DNA of 64,000 nucleotides from Rhizophagus irregularis (lineage: Eukaryota), in the NCBI RefSeq assembly GCF_026210795.1, contig NC_089430.1, positions 5,022,001 to 5,086,000 of the forward strand, read 5' to 3'. Both the position numbers and the translations under genes were made by a program. This document shows positions 13,633 through 25,594 of the stretch, piece by piece. The notes beneath the pieces were generated by a model that worked only from the letters and a program-made list of their open reading frames with translations, did not search any database and was not told where the DNA came from. How positions within the stretch are numbered: the stretch's first letter is position 1; every line of letters begins with the position of its first letter.

Positions 13633-16021
13633 CTACAGATACTCTCCCATGAGCTTAACCTCAACTTTCTCATCCTTATCTTCAATGATCACAGACTTCC
13701 AACCCTCCTGGCAATATACGTTTATCCAATGATGATCAGCACTATATTCTGGATTATTATTAGGAAGACCAGGATGTCGAATGTCAATGATAGCCCATTC
13801 CTTGCTGATCTTCCTAATAGGTTTATAGATTTTATTGATACGACTCTTGTGGTCAGATGCTTTTTCACCATCCCGTAGTAACTCAATTGCCCAACTCCGG
13901 CCGTCACCCACAAAGAAATCCATATATCCACTTGACCCCCAGTATGTTCCAACATCAGGAGAAATGAATATGTCAGCTGGTAGGACTTGAGTAGCAGCCT
14001 GATAAAATTCCATTTGCCAAGCGCGCTCCAGAAGCTGACCATCTGTACCAACACAATATGAATTTCGTATAGCCTCAGCATTCATATTTGTGAAGGTTCC
14101 ACGGAGGAAGCTTTTGAAATCTTGAGGAGGAATTATTGGCCTAATGGTGCTCCCCCAACGCCGCTGCAGATAGAGTGCGCGCAAGTAGGGTGAAGCAAAA
14201 TCGAGTTTACCATCTTGTTCACTAAGTAAGTTTGTCCTGACTAGCCTTTTTTCTTTTCCTGATGTGCTATATGACTGTCTGATATTAATGGGTCCTCGGA
14301 ATACCCTATCACAAAGTTCTTCTTCCTCTGGAGTAAGATTTTTAATATGTGCAAACCCACGAAAGCCCTGCAATAATAGGATTAATAAGTACAATAACAC
14401 AATCCTTTTTCCTGGTGCAAAATGAAATTGAGACACTTGCCTCATCTACTGCCCTCATAAACCCATGTGACTTTAAGTACAAAAAAATACTATCAAATTT
14501 CAACGTATCATCATATTTCAGTTGCCGGGAGAAATGATCTCTAATATGATTCATGAAAAATGCGACAAGTCCAGGATGACAAGCTGTTGTGTTACACACG
14601 TATTCCTGTAAATAGTTAATATCATCCTCATCTTCCATATTTTTGAGATGTGTACTGCAAAAGCGTAAAAAATAATCTTTGTATTCTTCCTCAGTGAAGC
14701 GCACGTCTTCTATGCTCCATGTGTTTTCAGGAAGAATCATAAAAGGTGACACATCTATTGTGTAAGTTGCAGACGAAAGATCCCATGCACCCTTGTAGCC
14801 ATATGCAGCAAAGGCAACAATACTTAAGTTACTGATCTGCTGGCACCGCTTCACCGTTTCCCAAAAGACATTACCCTTGTGACGTGAAGCAGTCTCGTGT
14901 TCACCTTGAGGCACATAAAGCATCTAAAATCCAGAAATGTCAGAATCCATATTAATTTAAAACAAGGAGATAATCTTCATACCTGAACTTCGTCAACAAT
15001 AAATATAGTCCGAATATGACCACACTCATCTTGAAATTTTTTCCAAGTTATGCTCATAAGTCGCTCAAACTCCTCCTCAAATGTCCAGGTTCCACTAGGG
15101 ATTCCCATCCATAAGAGTGAGATTCGAATTACTCGAATATTAGGATCTTTAACTAGGTGTTGTTCTAATAGTTGGCCCAATGAGGTCTTTCCAGACATGG
15201 GTGGAGACCGAACGAGTAAAAAACCTACTTTACTGATCTTCTCTACAAGCTTTTGGATTGTCTGCTCACGATGGCAAATATCAGGACTGTTGAGGTTGAT
15301 TCCTTCATAAGTACCAACTCTTTCTCCTTCAGTTGCCAAGATCATAGTTCCACCAATGCCTCCTATAAAGGAGTGAGATATTAGGATGGATTAATATGAA
15401 AACAATGCAAACATATACTGAAGTAGTCATACCTAGTCTTGGTGTATATGACAACTTTACATCTATATGATTAAAAAATATTCAATATTATTAATTAAGA
15501 CACAACTTAACGAAACAAGAAAAACATTTGTAGTATTATTAAATGGTAGACAGAATATTGATGTTTCTGTTCATCAAGACTAAACACACCTGTTAATTTG
15601 CTTTTTTTTCGATCTTGGTCTTCATTAGCATAATCGAATAAAGAAAATTATAGGGTGTGAGATAACACACGAATTTCTTGTTCGAGAGGTAAACCATTTG
15701 GAGATACTTACCAGTGGTGGCGGGCAACTCCACAATGATGTGGATGTGCTCACTGGGAGGAGGTATTTTGAAAACTTGTCCAATAGTTTTGAGGTCGCTG
15801 ACCAATTTCTCACCTCTGAACATTTCTTTGATGTTGATTCCCTCATGTATCTCATATTTTTCATTTTCAGGAATGTTAACTCGCCATAATATCAGTTTAT
15901 GTGCGGGTTCGACCAATCCTGCCTGCTCCTTGATGGCTCCTTTGAGATGCCCAATAGTCTTATTTGTATCGAAATCAACAGGAAACGCATTCTCTTCGCC
16001 TAAAATGATACAGCCTAACAT
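13633..16021 (-). CDS. Crinkler (CRN)-family effector: CRN N-terminal domain + P-loop NTPase + PD-(D/E)XK restriction-endonuclease-like domain
   Basis: N-terminus LGCIILGE-NAFPVD...TIGHLKGAIK...LILWRV...HIHIIVELP (LFLAK- and HVLV-equivalent motifs). Walker A SPPMSGKTS, Walker B IFIVDE, C-terminal ERAWQMEFY...GYMDFFV...WAIELLRDG. Approximate exons 16021-15712, 15619-15590, 15463-15434, 15363-14983, 14923-14441 and 14368-13633. Confidence 0.85.
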
Positions 16022-16204
16022 AATGTCGGTAGATCTGATAAATCAATTCGAGTTAAAAACAAGGTTCAACAAGGTAATTTTTCAGTATAATACACTATAG
16101 ATACAATGTTGGAGAATTTTCCTCGAATTTAGTTTGTAATAGCGAAGAATAATTTGACATTTTGATTATTTATTATATATATATATGTGTTTTCATAAAC
16201 TAAT

Positions 16205-16300
16205 TACTACGAACTGTGAGTCAGTAATACTACGAACTGTGAGTCAGTAATACTACGAACTGTGAGTCAGAGATACTACGAACTGTGAGTCAGTAATACT
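16205..16300. repeat. Four tandem 23-bp units TACTACGAACTGTGAGTCAGTAA upstream of the CRN gene
   Basis: Units start at 16205, 16228, 16251 (ends AGA) and 16274. Each contains TGAGTCA. Confidence 0.95.
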
Positions 16301-16692
16301 GTCGGGTCTACAAATCCCGAATGTCAAAAATCCGAAAATCCCGAACCGGGCAGCATTATGCTTAATGCTGGCCAATTTTTCGTGAATCGGCGAAACTAAT
16401 GTTCTGGACAAGACATTATGGCCTTTATGGGTATCAATATTTCGGTTATAACCGAGCATTTGCGCGTACAAGGAAGCGACTCAGAGCTTACAAAGTTAAT
16501 ATCTATTTTTTTTTTGTTAGAAACTTATAATGATGATCGTATAATGGGTGATTTTTTATTGTTATCAGATTTGTTTTAATTTTTAATTTAATAAAAAAGT
16601 TTGATTATTAATTTGATAGATTGGGTCAAATATTATCATCAACCTATGTCTTAGCATCATTAAATAAATATGTTTCAAACATGGAAAACGAA

Positions 16693-18715
16693 ATTTATTT
16701 TATTTTATTTTATTTTATTTTTAAAATATAGACACGACGGGAGTTTTGTAAAAAGATTGAGAAAAAAAAATAAACTAAAAGTCTAATATACCCAAACAAA
16801 CATGAAAAACCGACCACCCTAACCTGCCAGTTATTTATAAATATAAACAACATTAAGCATGACCAATGTCGCGACGCACCGATAAAGACATTAACAAAAA
16901 AAACGAACCTAGGCCTGAAAGGTAAAAAAAAATGTAAGGGGAATTAGGAGGGTTCAGTATAAGTTTCATTAACCGTATTTTTCTTTCATTAAACGATGCT
17001 GCACGTAAATACTGTCAGGTGCAGAATGATATATTGTAATAAGGTCCGGACTTGTTTGTAAGTTGAAGTAAGTATTAATTATGCGCCGGTGTCGGCGGAG
17101 GAGTAATCTCCATCGGCATGTCCATAGCCGATTTGAACGATTCATCGCTCATATCTGATTTGTTATCTTTGTCCACTGGAGGAGTACGATGTAAAAAGAC
17201 GTCAGGACGAGTAAGAAATTGGCGGTCTTTGTCGGAGATAGAGTATGAGGCGTTAGCGTTAGCTTGTTGCGTGACATCTTCGATGACCACACAGCTAGGG
17301 AAGGGATATTTATAAAGGTGAAGGTTTCTAGCCATGGTATAGGTGACGTTATATTGCGGAATAGAATCAACATTATATTTCCGTCTATCTAATATTTCTA
17401 TCAAATAAGTTGATATTGTATATATTGTATGTGTTTTTGAGGTATACCCGAGGGTCGCCAGGTGTACCTGGCGGAATAGGAGGTAGTTGTTTTTTAAGGC
17501 GATCACGCCTTTTCTTTCTATGAAGCCAATTTTTGCCCCTTTTATAGGCTTCCTGGTAAGCTTTCCATTTATGGAGACGTTGATCGACGTATGGTATTCG
17601 ATTATTGATGGGGGAGTGTTGAAGTTGTTTAATGTGGCAGCATATCTGGCACTAGTTCGGGGATTAGTAGTTTCCGTCAATAAATGAGGGTGTGTAAGAT
17701 TTAAATTACTTCTGGTAAGACGATTCCATCTTTCCATTTGTTGAGGGGACCGGATCACGTCAAAACGTAATCGGGAATATTCTTTGTGTACATATCGGCC
17801 GATCTTCAGCATTAGTAGACACTATAATACGGCGGAGTCGGGAGGAACGTTGTCCATCTATATAGTGATATTTTTTAAGAGTGACGGTATAGTTAACACT
17901 GAGACGCTGAGAATGTATATTTTTGGTATTCCGTTGATTGGAAATGCCTTCTATTGAAGTAGCATTGGATAAGTAATTTTTATAAAAGCGTTTATCGCGT
18001 GGCATATGATGGGTATTATGTTGGACGAAATCGTTAATAATTCGATGGTGACCAACGGTGTTTTGATAATACAAACGCGGCGGGAATTCGTAATTGCAAC
18101 CAAAATAAAAACAAAGGTAAATCACATGGTCGCCGGCACAAAATCGGATGTAAGTTTTGGTTCATTGTAATTTGTCACCCGTAGATTCAATACGATGTTT
18201 GAGAACCAATAGTTTATCTTAATGTTGATATTGTAGAAAATTGTCATTGGTGTAGACAGAAAAATTATTTCTGTAAAGTGTACCACTACCACGTGTGTCG
18301 CAGCTTGTGTAAGGATTGAGAAGTTCCGTGGCGTAAGTGAATAAAAAAGTTTTGCAAGGCGATAAAGACGAAGGACGACTTGAGGGTCCTGGGTAGCCTC
18401 TTCAGAGATAGTAAACTTCGGGGAAAGTTGTCTGGTAGTAAAGGTTTCAATTGAAGTGGTACCATAAAGATGAGTACCAAGAGAGTTGAAAGTTGTTCCT
18501 GACTTTTATATACGAAGAAAAGGTGGAAGAAACTGTGAAGAGGAAGAGGTTTATATTACAAATAGTAAGGTAAAGTATACTAGAAACTCCTTCGGTGCGA
18601 TCAGCAAATAAACAGTAACGAGGTTCTTGAATATTTAATGGTAAAAATATCCAACGAAAGTCGCTAAAATTTTTGTACTGTTTTTTTGGGAAAGAGTTTT
18701 TTTTCCTCCGGAAAA
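16693..18715 (-). mobile_element. Putative non-autonomous retroelement-like sequence (copy 1) with frameshifted basic ORFs and a (TAAAA)n tail
   Basis: GC-richer intronless block with overlapping minus ORFs 17760-18125 and 17075-17812. A (TTTTA)n tract at about 16693-16722 lies at its minus-strand 3' end. Homologous to 20249-21640. No RT or endonuclease motifs seen. Confidence 0.45.
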
Positions 18716-20248
18716 CGAAATTTGGGAATGCCATGCAAATAATACAAATATTGCTGAAGCAGCACATGCTCAAGCTAATCGGGAAGGAAAACAGTTAAAA
18801 CTTCTTACAGCAATCATGCGGTAATTTTTTTATTTTTAAATTAAAATTTATTTTTTAATTTTTGATTTTTTAAATTCTTTACTTTTTATTTAGGGGTAGG
18901 TGTTTGGATGAAAGAATTTTTAAGATAGCAGAAACTCACGATAGGTATGGCGTACCTTATACTAGAAGAGATAAAAGTGAAATTAAAAGACAAACAAGAG
19001 CTATGAGGCGAAAAAGTAATGACTGATGAGTAATAAGTAGTGATTTATTTATTAATTTAAAATTTACTTAATTCATATGAATTTAATAGGCGGAAAACAA
19101 AAAGAAATATTAAAAGAATCAAAAAGTAAAGTCTTTATTTTCTAGGATCTAATACTTAAGGTTTTATTTCATAAATCTATTAATTTACACAATTTTTTTT
19201 ATTGTACTAGAAAAAGTTCCAATACAAGATATAAACAATCAAGAAAAGCCAGAAGAAAGAGGAGTAAAACAAAGGCAGCAACAAGCAGAAATATAAAAAC
19301 TAAAAAGAGTAGAGTTGATGTTATTGAAATTAATAGTGATCAAGAAAATGAAGATCAGGATATTATTTTAAATATTGAAATTGAAGAGAGTAAGAATGCA
19401 ATTAATTGAACGAAAAGCGGATCGTAAACTTCAGGCTAAAATTGAAAAATTAGAATTAGTAAACGCAAAGAACTCAATCTAGTGCTTCGATCTGGATTGA
19501 TCCGTTGATTAGAATCACAACATTTTTCTATTATTTTTGTCAAACTATAATTTTTGTCAGATTTAAAAAAAATTATTCTTCTACAAAGTTTATTAATTTT
19601 GGCCAAACTTATAGCTCCAACTCAAATAAACCGTTGCCAAACTGTAGTAAACCGCGGATTGATCCGTTAAAAACCCATCCGGATCGAAGCACTAGACACA
19701 ATATCTAATGTGTAACGATCATCTGCTAATCATGTGTCAAAAATGGTTATGTTGTTTTATACGTATACTAAAATTTGGTAAAGCTAATTTTAATAAACAA
19801 TGGTTATAATTGCGCAAATTAAACACTACTAATTAAGTGTATGATAGTTCTTTTATAAAATTATTTTCATTATTATATATATTAAAAGTTCCTTTGAAAA
19901 TTTTTATTTTTATTTTTATTTCACTTTATATTAAATAACAATGAATATTTTTTTTTTTAATAAAATGAAGTGTCATGTACATACCAATATGTCAGAAATT
20001 GAAATTGCACCTTGGTGCAAAACTAATAAATTGATATTTTTTTATATCTTTTTTTTATTCAAAATATGTATATTCATACATGTACGGTAATTTTTCAATC
20101 ATGCACGGTAAATTTTCCATACATGTTTAGTCATTTATCCTATACATGTACGGTAACTAAAAAATGTATGTATGCCATACATACAAAAAAAGCTAACCGT
20201 ACAATACATATTTGACCAACCGTACAATACATGTTTTTGTAACACCCC
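18715..20248 (+). mobile_element. 3' remnant of a DNA transposon (MULE-like): spliced transposase C-terminus plus terminal repeat region
   Basis: Plus-frame WECHANNTNIAEAAHAQANREGKQLKLLTAIMR|gt at about 18723-18820 (TNxAE resembles the MULE catalytic-Glu motif). Next exon has YGVPYTRRDKSEIKRQ. Subterminal CATGTACGGTA repeats at 20078-20155 and an abrupt end ...TTGTAACACCCC at 20248. Confidence 0.55.
19480..19694. mobile_element. hAT-like MITE nested in the transposon remnant
   Basis: TIR TAGTGCTTCGATCTGGAT / ATCCGGATCGAAGCACTA. Internal GGATTGATCCGTT x2. The TSD is degenerate. Confidence 0.7.
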
Positions 20249-21640
20249 TGAAGTGTAAGAACTGTCACTCACAGTTGGAATTATTGCGCTATCGCGTTGT
20301 GAAATGACGTAATCGGCGGTATCATTTGGTTTCGTCGATAAATCTTGAACGTGGAGTAATCGTCGTCCTTGGTAACGTCGCCTTAGTTCTAAGGCTTTGT
20401 AATATATAATTGTACTGAGGGATTGAGCTAGCATTGAAGCGCTTTCTAATCTTGTAATCGAAGAGGTTGGTGTTATAGGTATCTTTGTAATAAATACCGG
20501 ATCACCAGGAGTACCCGGAGGTAAAGGAGGAAGTTGTTTTTTCTCTATATTGCGTCTTAACCAATTTTTGTCCGTTTTTGAAGACGTCTATATTCGTCAG
20601 AACGACGAACGTAAAGAACATCGTTAAATTGAGTGTATTTTTCTGGTAGATGTTGAATTCGTTTGAATACCGCTGGACGTACGTTTATTAATGGGATCGG
20701 TTTAAATTAATGATGGTGTTTCTCGTAATTGTGAGTACTTGTAGTTAAACGATTCCATCGTTCTATTTGAATAAAAGTTCGGCGAACGTCGAATTTAAGA
20801 TTGGTATAATAAATCCGCTTCTTTGGATTCATGCGTTCGAGGCTTTGTGTATGTTCCATCATATTATATATTTTGTATTTCAGGGTTAAGTTGGCCTATG
20901 GACCGATTGTATTTGCGTATCGCAACGGTGCAGTTAACGCCGAGGCGTTGAGGATGAACTTCTTTGACGTTTCTTTTATTCTTTAACGTATTAGGAATAA
21001 GAAGTTTGCGTGTTTTTTCAGCGTAAAAGCGTAGGCCTTGTGGGATACGATTGTTTCCATGTGTTAAACGACGGTTGGTTATCTTTTCGTTATGAACACC
21101 GCAGTACCAGCGTTTTTGAGACATATTAAACAGCTAATCGATACGATTGAGGAAAGCTTAATAGAAACGGAAGCAGCAGTCCCTCGAAGTTGCAACGAAA
21201 GTAAAATCCCATGTAGATCACGTGGGTCCAGGCACTAAAACGAATAAAAGTTTTAGTTCTATGATTATTAGTCCGGAGCGAAGCGAAGGACTATATACTA
21301 TTCGTGTCGGTTTCACAAATGTCCCGTTGTCCGCCCGCTCACTGTGTGAGTCGATGGCCATCCATTCGTATTGGTTCTTTCGGTTACATGTGATAAAAAT
21401 AGAACAAAAATTGTTTATTTGATATATTTTTTTTGATAAATATTCTTTTTATTCGAATTACCTGTGTTTATTAAGGTTAATAATTTCGCTTTTCGCTCCG
21501 GACTCCCAACGGTTACCGTTCCCTAGTTTAAGATGTCCGAGTCGGTTCTATTTTTGATTGCTAATAGTTTATCTTTGAGAAGTTGGCGTAAACGTTTAAT
21601 ATACTTGTTGATAATCGATTGTGAAAATTGTTGATTCAGG
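20249..21640 (-). mobile_element. Diverged second copy of the 16.7-18.7 kb element
   Basis: ORF 20864-21124 HPQRLGVNCTVAIRKYN matches HSQRLSVNYTVTLKKYH of copy 1. Downstream LKFDVRRT..QIERWNRL matches LRFDVIRS..QMERWNRL. Shared non-coding motif AATAGTTTATCTT at about 18208 and 21563. Confidence 0.55.
21265..21528 (+). mobile_element. Small Helentron/HINE-like non-autonomous element
   Basis: 5' AGTCCGGAGCGAAGCGAAGGACT (21270-21292, self-hairpin AGTCC/GGACT). Asymmetric subterminal inverted copy TTCGCTTTTCGCTCCGGACT (21485-21504). 3' hairpin AACGGT-T-ACCGTT (21508-21520), then CTAG-TTT. Confidence 0.6.
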
Positions 21641-22269
21641 GCAAATACGGTTGCGCTATACTGATCAAAAATCTAGGGTGATCCCACTGGATTTTTGATC
21701 AGTACGGTCGCGTCATAATCGTCATATACACTCTTATCTTTCTCTCACCCTTTTCTCTTTTTCAATAAAATTGTTTGAGCCGGTATAAAGGTATGTAATT
21801 TTTATTAATTTTTATTAAACTATTTAAATATATACTTGATAGTTGAAGTTTACAGGAGTTTTTTGAATTTAACAACTGTATCGCGCCTGTTTTTTTATTA
21901 TATAGTTACAACAACTTAACCAAAGCGAACGCGTTTCCAAAGGCTATTTTACAGGTACGAGAGACTATTTAAATATTAATTTTCATCAAGTTATTTTGAA
22001 TATTCATGAAGTAAGAAGTTATTCTTAATTTTTGTTATATTTCGTGCAGATATTTTGTCACGTAATTTAAACATTTTGGTCAAATAAAACTAACTTTTGC
22101 TAATAAGTAAAGCCATTTAATGTTTTTAATTATATAGAATATAGATGAGCTAATAATTTGAGTCTCTCAAATATATTTATAAATATCATTATTACCACTT
22201 GTTCAACTATCAAAATTTTGTTTAACCCTTTTTGCGTTACATACTGTATATAATTACATTTTTCACGTG

Positions 22270-22660
22270 ATAAATCATTCAAAACCACCATATAATTCTT
22301 AAGTTCTGAAATTTGAGTTATTCCATAAACTTTATGATGTACTAAAATCTACAAGTATAATAAAATTAGATATATTAGTAAAAAAAAAAATTTTTTTTTG
22401 ATAATTTTAAAAATCAATCTTATTATACCTTATTTATATATTCTAATGTTAAAATACCTGGATTATATAAGGTTTTTAGAACTATAAGGATATCTTGATC
22501 TTTCCTTTCCAATTTTGATATTACCGCTAGTCCAGTTTTTAAAATTTTGCTAGACGTTTCATATTTTATTACACTTTGCACATATCTCATCTGACTTCTT
22601 GTAGCAAACATATAGAGACGATGGGTATGGCTACAACGCCAATAATTTGAATGAAATCTA
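22270..22660 (-). pseudogene. Truncated, internally deleted relic of a repeat-module TKL kinase gene (5' end)
   Basis: Remnants MDFIQIIG, SDEICAKCNK, FKNWTSGN, ILIVLKTL..EYINK|gt and HKVYGITQ. DNA is similar to the 5' end of the gene at 30690. Confidence 0.75.
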
Positions 22661-24716
22661 TTTAAATAATAATAATAAATGAATTCAGTTTGTTAGAATA
22701 ATTTTCGAAATTAAAAAAAAAAATTCAGAAAAAAACACAGAAAATAATTTCTGCCTCGATCATAACACAGGATAGTCCGATTAGTCCGTTGTACGCATTT
22801 CTTCAGGGCCGGAATTAAGATAATGTCAGTCAGTATATAGAAGGTAGAAGACAAGATCTACAAGATTATTTTGCCCTCATTCTGCGCAAACACGGATCCC
22901 CTACAAACACCGTGAATACAAAATGTAGACAGTACAAAATTTTTATTTATTTTCACTTCGCATAAAGGGAATTTTGCTTTTTGTTAAAGAAAATTTGGGA
23001 TTAAAATTTATAAAATGTACAGTACTATAAATTTTCTAACTTTGAATTTTAAAATTGTAAAAGAAGTTAAAGATATGTACTTCAATTTGATATTTTAAAA
23101 GGTAAATGACTACTGCTATACTAATTTGTATAAATTACCAAGAATTACTAGTAATTTAGTGAAATTGCTGGTCAACTATTAACGTAAAAAATTATACAAA
23201 ATTATGGGCTGCAATACGGGTCACCGGCGAATGAAATTCTTTGATTTTTAATCATTTTTGTTTTAATTAAAATTTTCAAATAAAAGAAAAAAAAACGATT
23301 ACTTATACTAAAATAGAAACAATAAAGATAATAAGATCAAATTTTACATGATATTATTATTCAAGCGTTACATACATTTATATAACTAAAAGAAATTTAC
23401 CTGACGTTACATATAAATTATTTGAATTGTGTAACATGAAAACTTGTGACATGACTGCGTCTGATTAATGAATTCTGCTCGGATATTTTTTTTCGCTAAA
23501 TGAGAATTATTTATTACCGGTTCTTACATTTTTTCCTGATTTTGGTTCTTTTTTTTTAACCCGTAATAAAAAATTTTTAAATTATTTTTTATTTATTTTG
23601 GTTTTATTCAATACCAAAAAAAAAATTTTTATAATCTCTTTTTCTCTTTTTATTTTTTTATATTTTTTTTTTGGTTCATAATTTTTTTTTAATTGATTTT
23701 TTTTATAAATTATTTAAAATTTCTTTTTGGAAATATGAAAAATTTGAATAAATGAAGTAATGGACTTTAATCTGATAAAAGTTTCAAAGAATTATGTAGT
23801 GATAAGAGTATAATCAAGATATCAAATTGAAGTTCATGAACTTGGGATCAACTGTCATTTTAAAAAAAATTCATTAAAAATATTTTTCTCTTTATACTAT
23901 GTTTGGTGATGGTAACAATTAATTTTAATTTTAATACAAATATTTGTTCATATTTATATATTGTATGAAAAAATTGTTAGGAATGATATTTTATAAAAAA
24001 AAGAACGAAGTTGGTATATTGCGATAAGAATTTCTTTTTAAAAAATTTAATGAGTTATTAGAATTATTCATAATACATTATTTGCAATTTAAATGTTAAT
24101 AATATAAATGAACAATAAAAGTAATAAAGGGCATGAAAAAATTACCAAGTATCTTTTTGTAAATAAGCATCATGCAAACCAGGTATATGTTGAAAGTAAC
24201 ACGATTTTTACTTAGATTATATTGTTTTCGATCAAGATCTTGATAAGCGAAATGTACTTATTAGTTCGAACATGTTACATGATATAATATATAAAGTTAA
24301 AATACGCATGAAAGCGCAAGGTCGAATTACTAATCTGCAGCAAACAGTTTATTAATATAAATTCACACAAAATAATAATTAGAATCCAAATCTAGGACTT
24401 TCAAATACATAAAACCATGCAATGTCAGCCAATGAAATTTTACGGTTCTCGTTACCTAGTATATGTTAAATTATATTCTATCAGTAATAAGACCAAAATA
24501 ATAAAATAAAATAAAAAAATTTAAAAAGTTACATAAAGGTAAATAATCTATTACAAATACCACAAAATAAGCTGAGTACAAAGGAGAGCAGTGCATGATT
24601 TAAGAATAATTAAGCCACTCTTTCTTATTACCACTTTAAGTTAATGCACATTGCACAAAATTGATTACTATTTGTAATTTTAAATATTGATATATACAGT
24701 CCACTCAACCAGTTGC

Positions 24717-24903
24717 GGCTATACTAATTTTCGCCCCAGGTTCCTATTGGATCCGATGTGGAGTTGGCTCGGATTCCATGTAATGACGACAGAAGACATG
24801 GATCCGGATGATTTACAATTGATAAAAAATTCCAGATGTTGATCAATCGGACCCGGTTCACAAGCCAGAATCAATGGAACTAGGGGCGAAAATTAGTATA
24901 GCC
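24717..24903. mobile_element. Mutator-like MITE, 187 bp
   Basis: TIR GGCTATACTAATTTTCGCCCC / GGGGCGAAAATTAGTATAGCC. 10-bp TSD AACCAGTTGC (24707-24716) / AGCCAGTTGC (24904-24913). Confidence 0.85.
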
Positions 24904-25097
24904 AGCCAGTTGCAAGTAAATACATACTTGTTATCACATTGTGTATGACGTATACACCGATGGATTTTATACTTTTTTATACTTGTTTTATACCGTGGAG
25001 TAATTTACAAAAAAATTCATCGGTGTATACATTGATTAATCCTGCCGAATACAAGTTTAAGCAATGGACTGTGGCCAATAATAATATACTATAATGT

Positions 25098-25594
25098 TAG
25101 GGTGTCGCAGACTAATTAATCAAATATTTTATTATGAACAGATTTTTATGTTATACAGATGATCAAATTTTTTTAGCGTAAAATTTTAACAGAAATTTGG
25201 TTTGCTTCACGTGACTGGGCTTTTCTTTGGAGCATTTTGTCTATTAAAATAATTGACATAATTAAAAATGTTTAACCGCATTATTGAATTATCAATATAT
25301 AAAATTTTAGACATTTGATATTCTGATTAGTGTAAATTCTTTCTATCGAACAACTTTGTAAAAAAAAAATGAACGTAACTATTTTGGTATAGTTCTTAAT
25401 AACACTTTCCATCTGAAAGGAGGTTGAAAAACAAACGCAAGATTTGTGAGAAACTTTTAGAAACTTGTATTATATTTATTATTATAAATTATTAATAGAC
25501 TATTTAATTAAAATTTATAGCCTTACAAAGAATAAAATCTGATCATAATAAAATATTCAATGTCGCTAGCATAGTTTTGATTAATTAGTCCCTA
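25098..25594. mobile_element. MITE-like element, about 500 bp
   Basis: Ends TAGGG...CCCTA with inverted GACTAATTAATCAAA / TTTGATTAATTAGTC. Flanking 10-bp near-duplication ACTATAATGT / ACTACAATGT. Confidence 0.6.

Noticed and set aside
13606..16100. Plus-strand and alternative-frame ORFs overlapping the CRN gene
   Set aside because: Antisense or frame shadows of a GC-richer coding region, with no motifs.
16205..16300. CRISPR array
   Set aside because: Head-to-tail repeats with no unique spacers.
21659..21704. 15-bp-stem hairpin TACTGATCAAAAATC...GATTTTTGATCAGTA as an RNA gene or terminator
   Set aside because: No tRNA or snRNA features. It is more likely a tiny TE footprint, and intrinsic terminators do not apply to this eukaryotic context.
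24698..25071. Outer Tc1/mariner-like element around the 24717 MITE
   Set aside because: Only CAGTCCA/TGGACTG match and the right TA TSD is absent; too weak to call.
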